Below are positions 34,941 to 47,208 of a stretch of 64,000 bases of DNA, one piece after another. The notes under the pieces are model-generated. The model was not told the DNA's origin and searched no databases. It saw only the letters and a program-made list of their open reading frames with translations. The DNA is taken from NCBI RefSeq assembly GCF_001447785.1, contig NW_015167536.1, positions 496,001-560,000 on the forward strand, read 5' to 3'. The first letter of the stretch is position 1. Every line of letters starts with the position of its first letter. A program made the translations under genes and the position numbers. This DNA comes from Gekko japonicus (lineage: Eukaryota).

Positions 34941-37900
34941 CCTTTGGAAGGGATGTATAGATCAGATTTACAAAAAGGAGTCGGGGCGATATTTTCAGAG
35001 GGACCCAAACCGTACGTCTGAATGTCCAGATCAGACACATTGATGTTAAAAAAAAAGCTTCTTGCAGAATAATCCTACAAAACCGCCAGCAGTTGGGGTT
35101 TGGTTTTTTAAAAAAATATTAATCCGGGTCGCTGGCTAGGAATCAGGCCCGAAAACTGTACAAGTGCAGGTAGAATACGGTCTTAGTTTTCTTTTTCAAC
35201 CCTCTACCATTCATCATGTGTAATCTTTGGAGACTCCCCGTCTTCGGTTTAAGAAAAGGGTTCCTTCCCATATTTCTGCGAAAAGCACCCGAGCACCCCC
35301 ACATTCAATAGAAGCGGCTTTGAAAAGGGCCACGGAGAGAGAAAGTCTAATAGGAGCCGAGATGGCGCTTCAGCCAGTTCAAGGTCACTGTCTAGTGTAT
35401 TAAATGGGCTCTGCATCTTATGCAAATGACTGTCTTGAAAGAACACCAGCTCCTGCCAGAGAAAGAAGAAGAAGAAAGCCCCTCGCTAGGCGACACTTCG
35501 CCCGGGCTCTTGTGTTCCCGAAATGTTATCTCCCGCACCTCCAACTTCAATAAAGTCAACTTTATTTCTCAGGATTGCAATCCTTTCCCTCTCCCATATT
35601 CATTGATCTCTCCCTGGTTCGAGCAATCAGCCTCCAAGAATCACAGCCCTTAGCAATTGTTTTAACCCCCCTCTCTTTCTGCTTTAAAAAGCAACCCCCC
35701 ACACACACACATACACACTGCGAACAACTCTTTTAAAGAGCGACCCCGTGTAGAATCTACCCCAAGTTATTAAATCACAACATCACATTAAAAAAATCAC
35801 TTAGAAAAACATATCAGCTGGGCGCAAAATTACAGCTGAACTTCAACTTCTGGTGGAAAATTCCTTTCCGCAACATAAAAGATGTAGTGTATTCTTTTCT
35901 TTTTCTTTCCTTTCTTTTTTAAACACTCAGTGGGGACGTCTGAAATTCTCTTTGGTAAGTATGTTGCCCTGGCAAAACTTTCCCTCTTGATTTCTTTTCA
36001 AAGCTGCAACTAACTTTGTCTTGCAAATGCACTTATTTTATTGCAGTCCTCGGAAATTTCCTCTTTGAGAATAAATAAAGGGGCGGGGAGGTCTCTGTTA
36101 GAAGAGAGGCTTGAGCTATAAATTGGGATATGACTACTAAAACCCACGAAAATTGTATCTCCCCCCCCCCCAACGACTTGGAGTAAGGAAATGGAATAAG
36201 CAATTGGGTAGTTCTTAACGGGGAGAAGGATGAATAGAAGCGACAAGATGGAATATGGGTAGAAAAAGTAATTGCAGAGAGCACCAAACCTTCTAGAAGG
36301 TGGTGGGGAACCTCTGCTGATATTCCAGGATTCATCTGCACTGTTTCTGCGAAATGGACGCCGGTTTTGCATGGGCTCTGATAAGATGTCCAGTTTGAGA
36401 GAATCTGCCCGAGTTTCTCTGTGCACGGAAGAGTTAAATGCTTATGATGCAGCTACATTTTCCCCAACACCGCCAGCAGAGGCTGTCATTCTCCTGCTGG
36501 ATTTATGTAAACCGGTGGCTGCATCTTCAGCAAAGCAAAGATAGATCGCTCAGAAAAGGGGGAAACAAGAGTGGGTTAGGGGTTTTGTAGGGTGGTGGAG
36601 GTGAACAGGGTACTGCTTTATCCCGCATCCTGCTTTTTATAGAAGAAGGAATCCACTAAAAGACCCTTCCAGGAAACCTATGCCATTGATTTCGAGTTTA
36701 CTTCCGAGTAGAGGGTTTTGCACCCCCTTCTCCAACATTTTCCTCCAAACGCATCCTTTAGAAAATCAAACCAGGGAAGCAACTAAGGGATTTCTCTTCG
36801 TAGCCATGTGGGGGGAGTTTACGGGACAGTACCCCCTCTTATATAAACCACCCCCTCTAAGAATCCGGTCTGACATGATCAAAACCTTGGTACACACGCA
36901 TGATTATACATATATGCAGTTCCACGTGGAGTATAGTGTGTATGTTCCTCTATCTGTTTGTAAAAAGTATTTCCCGAGTTATTGGGGGTGGCGGGGTCAC
37001 CAAGGAGTATGAAAAAAGCATACATTTAACAACTTACCTCAGCCTATAACTCTGTGGTGTGAAGCCAGCTCTTCTCTTCCGTCATATAAATAGAAACTTT
37101 CAAAAAACAAAATCTTCAAGTGCAAGTGATGCATCATAACTTGGAAAAAAGGGAAGATGGCGGAAAGAGGAGGCGCCTGTTCCTATAAAAGACTGTAGTT
37201 AAGACGTTATTCAAAGCCCTTGATACAAAAGAAAAGAAAAGGCTAAAACCTGGGACGCTTCCTTTTCATGCCTTTATTGTTGGCCATTAGGCCGCCTGTC
37301 TAGACTTGAAATGACACCTTGTTTATCTGTAAACAGAGGCCAGGGACACTTGGAGAAGGCTAGCTCCTGACTGGTTCCTAGAAGATCAAGGCCTTGTGGA
37401 TTTTTAATGCAGGAAGCTGATGATGTCAAGGTCAAATAGGCCGCATAGTCATGGTCAAGGCTAGCCCCAGAAGTGACGTCAGGGCGTCGTTCTCGGCCCG
37501 ACACCAGCAAACTAGGGAGCACTGAGTCCTCCTCATCAAATGGTGGAAATGCCACTGGGATGGGATGAGGATAGGACTTCTGTGTGAATCTGTTTACGAG
37601 CGGGGTTGAAAGGAAGGGAAATCAAGGCCATGTCTGAGATCCGCTACCACGGAAAGAAAGACGGTGCAACTGTCTTGGAAAGGGGTCCCAGACCCCCACT
37701 ACTTCTGCGATATCCAGCTTCTTCTCCGGCATGGTCCACACAAGCTTCAGTATTGATTTGGGAGTTCCTATCTTGTATCTTCTTTCGAACCAAGTCCGCC
37801 TCCCCAAAACCTTTAGACCCTCCAGGGCTCCTTTTATGATCACAGGTGCTTGTTAAAGTATAGAGAAGGAAGCAGAGCAAGAGAATGTCCACTTTATATA

Positions 37901-38248
37901 GGCATGAGAAATGTACGGTAATAGTGAGAAGTGACCTAAGAAAGTTCTACAGCGTGATGCAGAAATGCTTACATTATGCCCAATCCGTGCTGTTTTCTCT
38001 GTAATTGTGGGAAATAGCTGGTTAGTTAGTTACTGTACAAGTTCTTCATCCGCATAAACTAACCAACGCATTAAACGTCTATGTTCCATTGAAGACAATG
38101 GCCAATCTACTATTCATATAAGGAATTCCTTAAAATAAAAAAAAGCCTTGTTTCAACCAATGGAACGGTTTCTGCCCCCCACCATTGTTTATAGGGTCGC
38201 TTTCTTGAGCAAGTGTCCCCGGAGAAGTAAGTTCATGTGAAACTGAGA

Positions 38249-38381
38249 AGTCCTGTTGGCACCTTTCGAATTAACACTGAGGAACTTTTTGTCGTGCAAA
38301 CTCACAATGGGATAATTTCTGGTGCCATTGAACTCGAACTTTGTTCCGCTGCTTCGGACAAACACGGCTACCCACCTGAAT
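38249..38381. mobile_element. Degenerate Penelope-like terminal fragment
   Basis: ggtgccattgaactcgaactttgttccgctgcttcggacaaacacggctacccacc (38321-38376) closely matches 39343-39399 and the reverse complement of 23037-23052. Confidence 0.55.
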
Positions 38382-39194
38382 ATAACTTCTGATGGTAACT
38401 TCTGGTCCGCAGGTATATATAACATGGGTATAAGGGGCCAAAAGTTTTTACAAAATGGGACCAAAAATATATATATATACACAGAAAAGTCCAAGAACAG
38501 CAGTAGTTGCATTCCCATACGAAACTCACAGAAGTGCCACAGAGAGTGAACTTACTTCAAGGAAATGCCCCCCCCCTCAAGTCGTGTGTGAGTGTGTGTG
38601 TGTGTGTGTAATTTCAATAAATATGGGCGATAGCGACATAACAATACGTGCAGGAGAATTCCTAGGTGTGTGGTAGCGATACTATCAAATAATATGGAAG
38701 AGTACAGCTCCTTCCACCAGTGATTATTATCAGAAATGCCAGAGGATCAACGGGGCTGCTTTAGAGCTGGATTGGATCAAGCCCAGTGGAGTAGAGGAGA
38801 GATTTGCCACCATATCAGACTGCACCACACTAGACCTATGAACGGTTCTGCGTGGTCTTCTGAAGTCAGCCAAAGCTTGCGTCGAGTAAGAATCGGGGCC
38901 ATTCGTTTGCTGGGTGCGAGGCCCAGACCTGAGTTTGGGATAAATAGTTTCCCCCGAAGTCCAGGACGGCAGTAGCGGTGAAAGAAATGGTTCCAAGCCT
39001 GCAGTCGAGCATCTGGATCCTCCACCCCGCGACACTGGACCAGGGGAACTCCCCCTCCCCCATTCAGCAGAAGTAAGGTGCACGGTAATCCGTGGGATTT
39101 TCTGCCAGCAGGAAGTTACCCGAGGTAAAACAAAACCCTGTGCACGCTGATTTAGGACTAAATACCACTGAACCTATTTAGGATTGCAAGATTG

Positions 39195-39407
39195 GAGTCC
39201 AGTAGCACCAATAAGATTTCCAAGGTACCAGCTTTCAGGAGGATTGGGATTGCATAGGAGAGGGCCGCAATTGCTCCTATCCGAAGAAGTGTGCTTTGCA
39301 CAGGAAAGATTACACTTGGAATAAAATTTCGCTGGCCTTAAAGGTCCCACTGGATTCAAACTTTGTTCTGCTACTTCAGACCAACACGGCTACCCAACCT
39401 TAATCTA
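39195..39407. mobile_element. Degenerate inverted Penelope-like fragment with decayed hammerhead core
   Basis: ccgaagaagtgtgctttgcacaggaaagatt...aataaaa...ggccttaaaggtcccactggattcaaactttgttctgctacttcagaccaacacggctaccc on +, with an oppositely oriented piece (agtccagtagcacc...agctttc) at ~39196-39236. Confidence 0.55.
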
Positions 39408-40991
39408 TCCTAAACTCACAGCCATTCAGTGGGATTTACCAGCATACCTCTAGGGAATTTAGAAGCAGATGGTATTCCGGGTTGGGTATAAACCCTTTCT
39501 AGCTTCACCTGACCCACTGAAGAAACTTCGGGTTTTACTACGCTGCGCCTGAAAAAGATCTCTTGAACGCTGAGTGGTGTCCCCCCTCTTTAGAGGATAT
39601 ATCTCAGTAGTCATACAGTCACATCCAACATCTTTTAAAAGAAATACTGCAGTTCACTCCATTTATGATAGGAATCGGTTGTCTCCTAGGGCACTTGGTG
39701 GGAATGCGCAACTTTCTACTGGGAAAAACAGAACTTGCACACCACTCGAATTTAAGAGGATTTACAACCTGTTCCAGCTTGGATTGAAAGCTGTATTAAT
39801 CGGACTGGAGCCAAAATGGCGTAACGTCAATATCTTGGTTTAAAGGGGCTGTGAATCCGGCTGATCCACCTTCGACGCCGGACACATTTGGGTGATTTTA
39901 ATGGAGCTGCATCCCAAGGCAATGCGTCTTGGACTGCAGCCTAGCATCCGGATCCAGAACGCAGTACATGGAAGGGTGCTTCACGGAGATCAACTGGTGC
40001 AATTTGCTATTTAGGATTGGCCGATGAGTCCCACTGAATTCTGCAGGCCTGTTTCAAACTCAAGCACTTTCTGAGTTCACCCAGTAGGGAATCCGATTGC
40101 CCCGAAGAGCGCACCTTTGATTCCTACCCCTTACACCAGTGGAGTCAATATGCAGTATTTGGAAGCAAGTTCCTCTAAAAACAACAACAGTGGGACTTGC
40201 TTGTAAACAATGGACACGATGCAGCCTAAGTCTAAATGTTAATGACAGGGTTTCAGCGGCACATCCTCAAATCTCTCTTCCTGAAACGTTTAGATCAATG
40301 TTGTTCGAGACACAGCATAGTTGGTGGGGAGATGGGAATACAAACACTCCTCCTTCATTCCATGGAGAGGCCTTTCTACAATAAAGCATCGCCCATGCAA
40401 AAAGTGCTACAATCCATCTGAACAGAGTCATGCGTCCTATCTTCAGGGGAACTTGAGTTGGACAGAAGGACATCTACAGATCTCTCGATGGTTGCCTGAA
40501 CGTATATTCGAAATGTCGACTTGTTTCAACTTCTACCTCAGTTTCTATCCCCGCCCCTCCAGATCGGCTTGCATCTCCCGCAAGCCATAATTTTAGACTA
40601 GGAAGCTTTGGCCTCTCAGCAATGTATACCTAGACAATGAAAAAGCTGGGTTGGTTTCACAGGGTCGAAAAAGCATCCAGAACAGGACATTTAATAATAC
40701 TGAACCAAGCTTGATAACGTGATCTTAGGGAGGAGGCATAAGAATTTTACCAACTCTTTGTTTTTCTCTTGGCCTGTAGGGAATATTCCATCAAAGCTGT
40801 CGATTGTTCGACTAATACTCCATCCCTTATTGAGTATTTGAAATTACTGTATTCCAAAATTCTGCGTCAGCCGTGTTATACATACAACGCTCAGTAGGCA
40901 AGCCACTTTACTGCTTCTGTTTTGTACCCACTTCCATGGAAGTAAATCCTGTTGATACCCGCTGGACTTTCTTGCTAGTAAAGAGATAATT

Positions 40992-41132
40992 GGCTGCAAT
41001 CACACACACTCAATAATCCACTTTCAATGCACTTTCCAACTGGATTTCACTTTGCGAACTGGCAAAATCCAGTTGGAAGGTGCGCTGAAAGTGGATTGAA
41101 AGTGGATTTATTTAGTGTGTGTGATAGCAGCC
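40992..41132. mobile_element. Palindromic MITE-like element
   Basis: Left arm ggctgcaatcacacacactcaataatccactttcaa..gcactttccaactggattt pairs with right arm aaatccagttggaaggtgc..ttgaaagtggatttatttagtgtgtgtgatagcagcc. Confidence 0.7.
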
Positions 41133-42347
41133 TTAGTCTGGAGCGCAACCAGGCTGGTGATGGTGAAGCATTTAACAGCGCCTCACAGTTTCATCTATTT
41201 GAGCAGGTCTCATCCTACAACAACATTCTACTCGCAAGTAAATCCCACTCAAGTCCATAGGGTCACCTCACCTCCCCAAAGTAAATATGTTCAGGATCGG
41301 GGCAGTAGGTGGCTGATTAAGGGACCGGTGGACCATCACTGTGCCTGTGTGAACTAGAGGACATGGTCCAGCAGACTTAGGCTTCTCTCCCTCTGTCTGC
41401 TGATTCGCCGACTCTGCCTACGCTCTCAGGACGGGTTGTGCGGGAGGCTGGTGAGCGACTCCCTACTCTCAGGGTACTCAAAAACCAACACTGGCTTAGG
41501 CTCACATCGCTTTCAAAGCGTTTCGCCGCTGACAATTTACGATGTAATTAATTGGAGCAAATATTAAGGAGGACCGGTGTTGCCTAAGGAAACAAAACGG
41601 CGGCAACAACGTTTAAAGGCTCTCCGGATTTTAAAGGAAGCGGCTTCAAACTGGGGAAGGAACTGTGCGTTTCGTTCCCGAGCGCGAAGTAATTAAAAGA
41701 CAGGCTTCGGGTAATCAGAAGGCCGACCGCTTGGGAAAGGGGACCTGTGGAGTCCAACCTTATTCGTGACTACTCGGGAGTAAGCCTGGCTTAAGTCAAT
41801 GGGAGTTCACTGCTTGGTCAAAGGCTGCAGCCGGGGCGCCCCATTCTCAGCATGCAGCTTCCCGGAGAGTAAGTTTCAGCAAGTTGGGTTGACTCTGGAG
41901 TAAGGCGCCACAGGATCGCAGCAGTAGACGAATCTGAAGCGAGTCAAACGTTTTGAGTAAAAACTGGGCTTTTTCTTTTTCCCGGGGGGTGGGATGGGGT
42001 GGAGACATCGGAAAAGGCCTGGTGGTTCACATCACAGGTCTTCGGTAAGAGGAAGAGAGGGACTCGAGTGCCGAAACCGTGCGCCCCAGCGCCGCCCGCG
42101 TCTCCGAGAGGTGCTCTGATGATGAGTCCAGTTTTGGCACTCTTTAGCCGCCTCTGCATTCCCCATTTGGAGCCAGCCTCCTAAACCGGCTCCACCGAGT
42201 GCCTCCCCGGACCGCCTCCCCTGAACAGCCTCCCAACAGCCGCCTAGCCTCAGCGCTTTCTCTCTGCTCTCCATCGCGCTCCATTCCCGGCCTCCCCCAC
42301 CCCCCTTCACCTCAGTAACCTGAAAATCGGTGCGAAGGGATCGGGAC

Positions 42348-42551
42348 CAGTGTTCCCTATAAACTGAGTTAGTGTGAGCTAGCTCAGTTTTTTAGCCTCC
42401 AGCTCACACATTTTCGTCTTAGCTCAGGAAGGATGGCTCCAGAGCAAACTAATTTATGCAGTAGCCAAATCGCTCGCTCACAAGTTGAATGCCAGAAGCT
42501 CACAAAGTAGAATTTTTGCTCAGAAGACTCCACAGCTTAGAGGGAGCATTG
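42348..42551. mobile_element. Non-autonomous hAT-type MITE, copy 1
   Basis: Imperfect ~19-bp TIRs CAGTGTTCCCTATAAACTG / CAGCTTAGAGGGAGCATTG. Perfect 8-bp TSD ATCGGGAC (42340-42347, 42552-42559). Second copy at 56411. Confidence 0.85.
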
Positions 42552-42993
42552 ATCGGGACCAATTCTGCAAGCTCCGTCCCTAAGCAAAAGGTGACTTGGG
42601 TGGAGACCGACACGCGCAAACCATCTTTCACGACCCACTTTGTTCCAGGGAAGGACTTCCCCAGGAAAGTATTTCCGAATTGCAAGCGTCCCTGGCTTGC
42701 AACACTCAGAGAACGCAGTCTCCTGGAAATAACCCCCCTAGATTAGCGCGGGATTTACTTCCGAGTCGACCTATCACTCCCTTGTGTCTACGATGGAGCG
42801 CCACCAGGATTTGCGGATGGGGTTTGCCTAAACGCCCGCCCCTCCGCTCAAAAGGTTTCGTCCAGAAGAAAGCAGCCGCCGGCTTCCACCTTGACAAGGG
42901 AGAAACCGTCTATAATCGCCAACTCTCCAGTCCTCCCAGGCCAAAAAAAAAAAAAAAAAAAGCAATCAAACAAACAAAAAACAAACACCGATA

Positions 42994-42999
42994 TTTATT
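42994..42999 (-). terminator. Candidate HOXC13 polyadenylation signal (AATAAA)
   Basis: tttatt on + strand ~1.2 kb past the ancestral stop, followed on the minus strand by a GT/T-rich downstream element (gtgtttgtttttgtttg...). Confidence 0.55.
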
Positions 43000-44197
43000 T
43001 TTAAGAAATGTATTCTGCATTCAATACATATCATTCAGACACCACATTATATACATATACAAGACACCCCCCCTTTCTTAAAAAAAGGGATCGCTTTAAC
43101 ATGGCGAAAGAACACTCACTGCTCTTAATATGATATAGAAAAAATAATAATAAAACGGAACAAATATCGAGCACTTTCCATACTGTCGATGGAGAATAAA
43201 ACATTCCAGTTCTATAGCGGAAAAAAACAAAACAAAGAACAATAATAACAATAAATCAACCCCCAGTGAGAACATATTCCAGGAAAAAGAAAAAGACCAA
43301 AAAAAAATGCAGGGGCACGATCCATCCAGAGTTAAGCATGATTAAATCCTATTTCTGTTAGTGGAAGAGCCAAGCGCATCGCTTGAGCCTCTCCCACCAC
43401 GATCCAGTGGACTCGGAAGTGGTTATCTTTGGCTGGATCCTGCCTTTGGAATTTCACCGCCAGTCGCCTTAAACGCAGGACTGGCAACACCATTGGCCGG
43501 TGTGCCTGGAGTGAATAAAATCAAAGGAAACGACGACGACGACGACAAAATAATAATAATAATCATCTCACGATAGCAGCCTCATTTCTCATGATTTTTT
43601 TTTTCTTTTTAGGTCCACCGTAAGGAAACAAAAGGAAATCTAGGGCATCTTTATTGGAACCGCTGTGATTACGTTCTTCATATATATATATATATATATA
43701 TGTATTTATATATATTCTTATATAATTTTTTTTACAATAGAAACAACCAAAGGAGGGGGGGAGAGGGAATCTTTGATCGGTGGTAAGGGGAGACGGTGTG
43801 TGTGTGTGGGAAGACAGCGCTATCAAAGACCACTCCGAATCCCAAAGGTCACAAAATCTACATACGACTTTCTCTCGCGCTCCCCCCCATTCAGTGGGCA
43901 CTGGAAAATATATAAAAAAGGGGGGGGGATGTTTCAGAAGGACGACCGGATTCACAGTTAAAGACGGCAGTACATGGAAAGAAAGAATAAGCCAAAGATG
44001 GCGATTAATTCTTCTTCTGGCTCCCTTCTCGGTTTTTTTTTTAAATAATCAAATTAATTAGCAAAGAGTTCGAATGCGCTTTCTCATTTATACAAATTTC
44101 TCCGATAAATATTTGCATTTGCTTTCCCCACCTCTCCCCTTTGCGTGAGTGTGTGTGTGTGTGTGTGTTTCGCTTGCCCCCCGAAAGATCTCTTTTG

Positions 44198-44449
44198 TCA
44201 GGTCGCGTGGAGGTGAGGTGTCTTAGATTTGCTAACCACCTTCTTCTCTTTCACCCGGCGGTTCTGAAACCAAATGGTAACCTGGCGTTCGGAAAGGTTA
44301 GTGGTCGCCGAAATCCTTCTCCGCTTCTCTTTGGTAATGAACTTGCTGGCGGCGTACTCCTTTTCTAATTCTTTCAGCTGACGTGTAGGGGACTCGTTTC
44401 TTTCGGCCCCTACGGTAGCTGCTCACTTCGGGCTGGAGAGGGACCACAT
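44198..44449 (-). pseudogene. HOXC13: Hox-C13 exon 2 (homeodomain) with a net 5-nt deletion/frameshift as assembled
   Basis: Acceptor tttacag|AT, then [23 protein letters not shown]. Only 1 nt (T, 44381) separates ACG from CAG CTG AAA where two codons are expected. The other frame continues [60 protein letters not shown] (TGA 44200-44198). The spliced frame stops at 44300-44298. Exon identity is secure; pseudogene status depends on the indel being real. Confidence 0.8.
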
Positions 44450-45104
44450 CTGTAAAGGTGAGAACAGGAAAGGAAGGAGGAAGAGCAGGAGAGAAAGAGA
44501 GAGCGCAGAAAGAAAAAAAAGACAAGACGGGAGAAAGAGAGAGAAAGAGAGGGTGTCTGTTATATTATGTAGAATCTTTTGAATAACTGGACAATGTCTC
44601 TTCCGGAGATTATGAAAAGGAGCTCAAGAGGAGAAAACAAACCGGGTGGGGGGGAATAAAGGAAGATGAAAAGGCTGAGAAAAGAGGGGGCAGGAAAGGG
44701 GAAAGGAAGAAGAAGAAGGAAAGGAAAAAAACTCAAAGAGAGAAAAAGGAACAGAAAAGGCCTGGCGTGGAAGGCGGGTGCCTGAGCAGTGTATTAATAT
44801 ATTAGCATGGGGTAAGTGCTTCTATTCCAGGCCGGATTTGTCCAGGACAGCTATAAAGAAGGAGCAGCAAGTCACGGATTCGGCATCTCGCAAGCGCAGA
44901 GCCCCTAATACGAGCTCCAAAATTAGTCAGAATGGGAGACAGGGTTCTACCCAGCCTTCACCTCCTCAACTCCCCCTTTCTAAAGCATCCGAGGGTATTT
45001 TAATCGGTCCCCTGTAGATACTGATCCCTCTGCTGGCTTGGGTGCGGGGATGGATTTAGAGAATCGGCCCTGGAGATGGGTCCCGAACCCTGTGTGTGCC
45101 CCTC

Positions 45105-45139
<35 letters not shown>

Positions 45140-47208
45140 CTTTGATACTCTCTTCCCTTACAGATCTAAGCCACAGAAAGACCATTCAGTTGGAGGGACC
45201 TTGGACGGCTATGGTCGCATCTTGTTCTCACTGATGGTAGACGCATTAAAAAAATAAAATAAGCCTACCGATCTGGGAACTGGTGCTTGCCTGAAAAGCG
45301 CTCCCGCTGTTAAGAGATGTGACCCACCCACCCCCACCCTCGGTGCAGAATGGGCTGGAGAATCAATGAATTCTCATCGTCCTTAATGCCTGGTCCCCTA
45401 TGCTAAACCTGGTCCAGGGCCACTCCTATGATTGACTGTAATCCCTCCCGCGTCAGCCCCCACCCCTCCGACCGACCTCCTCTCTGAGCTTCCAGAGTTT
45501 ATGGAGAGCCAACATGAAGGCTTATCGCTCCAGAATAAATTTTTAAAAATCATAATGGAAACACCGGATGGGGTGTGTGTGAATCCTATAGCCGCAGAAA
45601 GAACCTATCTTAAAAACAGTTGTTCTGGTTACCCAGTTTCCTAACAGGTGAGCGAAACCATCTCTGGTGGCTTTTGAAGACACCCTTCTCTAGGCTTTGG
45701 AGCTGGGACACTTCTCCTCTCCCTCCTCCTCCTTTGGGTTTTAGGAAGATTTTTCGTAGGGTTTCTGTCAAGGCCCAAGCCTGGTGTGTAAAGGACGGGG
45801 ATTTTTTTGGGTCCTGCCACAGACGCAAAACTCTAACAATGACCGATTCTGAGGGGGGGATCCAACCCCCCCATAAAACAATAGGGCTCTACGAAAAGAA
45901 AACGGGAGCAGAGTCAAGGAGGGCGAGGGCAGCGGCGGAGGTGGGGTCACGGACGACCCATGCGCTCCCCACCTTCCTTCGGAACAACAGCACCTCGCCG
46001 AGTTCCCCTTTCAGCCCGAGCTGCCTCCAATCCAGGCGAGACAAGGCTGTCCAGGGGGGACAAAGGGGATTCCTCCTCGCCACACCAGCTCTCCAGGTAG
46101 CGTAGCGAACACAAGAACGGCCCTGACCGTCCCCGAGGGACCGTCCCCGCCTTCTTCGAGCAGCATTTTGAGAAAGAGCCATCCTCACTCGCCTTCCCAG
46201 CGACAAACACTGCAAAACCTATATAGGCCTCCTTTCCCTCCTCCTTCTCCTGGCTAAATTACTCTTCCTATAGGAAGGGAAAACCCATCATGCAACGCTC
46301 AGGCATTGTTGGCAAGCGCTGTCCTATCTGATAGGACATTCCCCCACTCCAGTATTCCCGAGGCCAATTCATTATATATATATAATTTTATATATATACA
46401 ATTTTGCTCCCTCCCTGGGTACTTTATCTTAACGTTTGTGCTCCGACCATTGAGAGAGCCCTCGTTACTTGATTCCCAGGTGGGGACCCCAAGAGCAAAG
46501 GGACATCTCCCTTTGATCTTTCATCTCAACCTCCCCCCCCCCAGCCCTTAGCAGTAAGCTAAGCCCGAAGCGCTCCTGCTTTTTCAGGGTTACCGTCAGG
46601 CTGTCAGTCATCCGAGATTTCTAACCCAAGGCAAAAGCATCGCCCTATTTTCTCTCCCCTCTCCCGCTCCCCCCCACTCCTCTTACAAGATTCATTTGTT
46701 AGATTCATGTCACTTGACAGCTACTTCTGTAATTGCAATATGATTTACTGTATCTTCCCGAAACACCCCAGCCTTTCTAGCAAAGCGAGAGGGGGGAAGG
46801 GGGAGGAGGGAGGGAGGGAGAGAGTCACTAACTCTGGCTGCGTTCAGAAATGTGGGGTTTAATATCTTTTTAAAAAAAAATGCGAAAGCGAAGATAGAGA
46901 TCAAGCCTAGTGAGCCAACACAGGGAGGCAGGGAGGGAGGGAGGCAGGGAGGGAAGAAACACAAAATGCACACAGGCATCGCTACTGGCAAACTGGCTGT
47001 GAAAGCGCCCTGGATTTCCAAGGTATGTTTGCTGGATTGGCAACCCGGTTGCTTCACCTTCGTCCCCGTACGTGCCCAAGCAAGCGCTCCGAAGCCAATT
47101 TTACCTGGGCGGTTAGGTTCCAGCCTATGCACGCGAACATGCCGGATTTGGAGGGGGGGGGGGAGAAAGAGAGAGAAAGCAGCAGAAGCGGAGCTCAGAG
47201 CCGCCTAC

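Noticed and set aside
44360-44378. Cryptic acceptors (AAAG|AA, TTAG|AA) that would restore the HOXC13 frame with the phase-1 donor
   Set aside because: No polypyrimidine tract, the normal acceptor at 44450 is strong, and the product would still lack the N-terminal arm and start of helix 1. Only cDNA could revive this.
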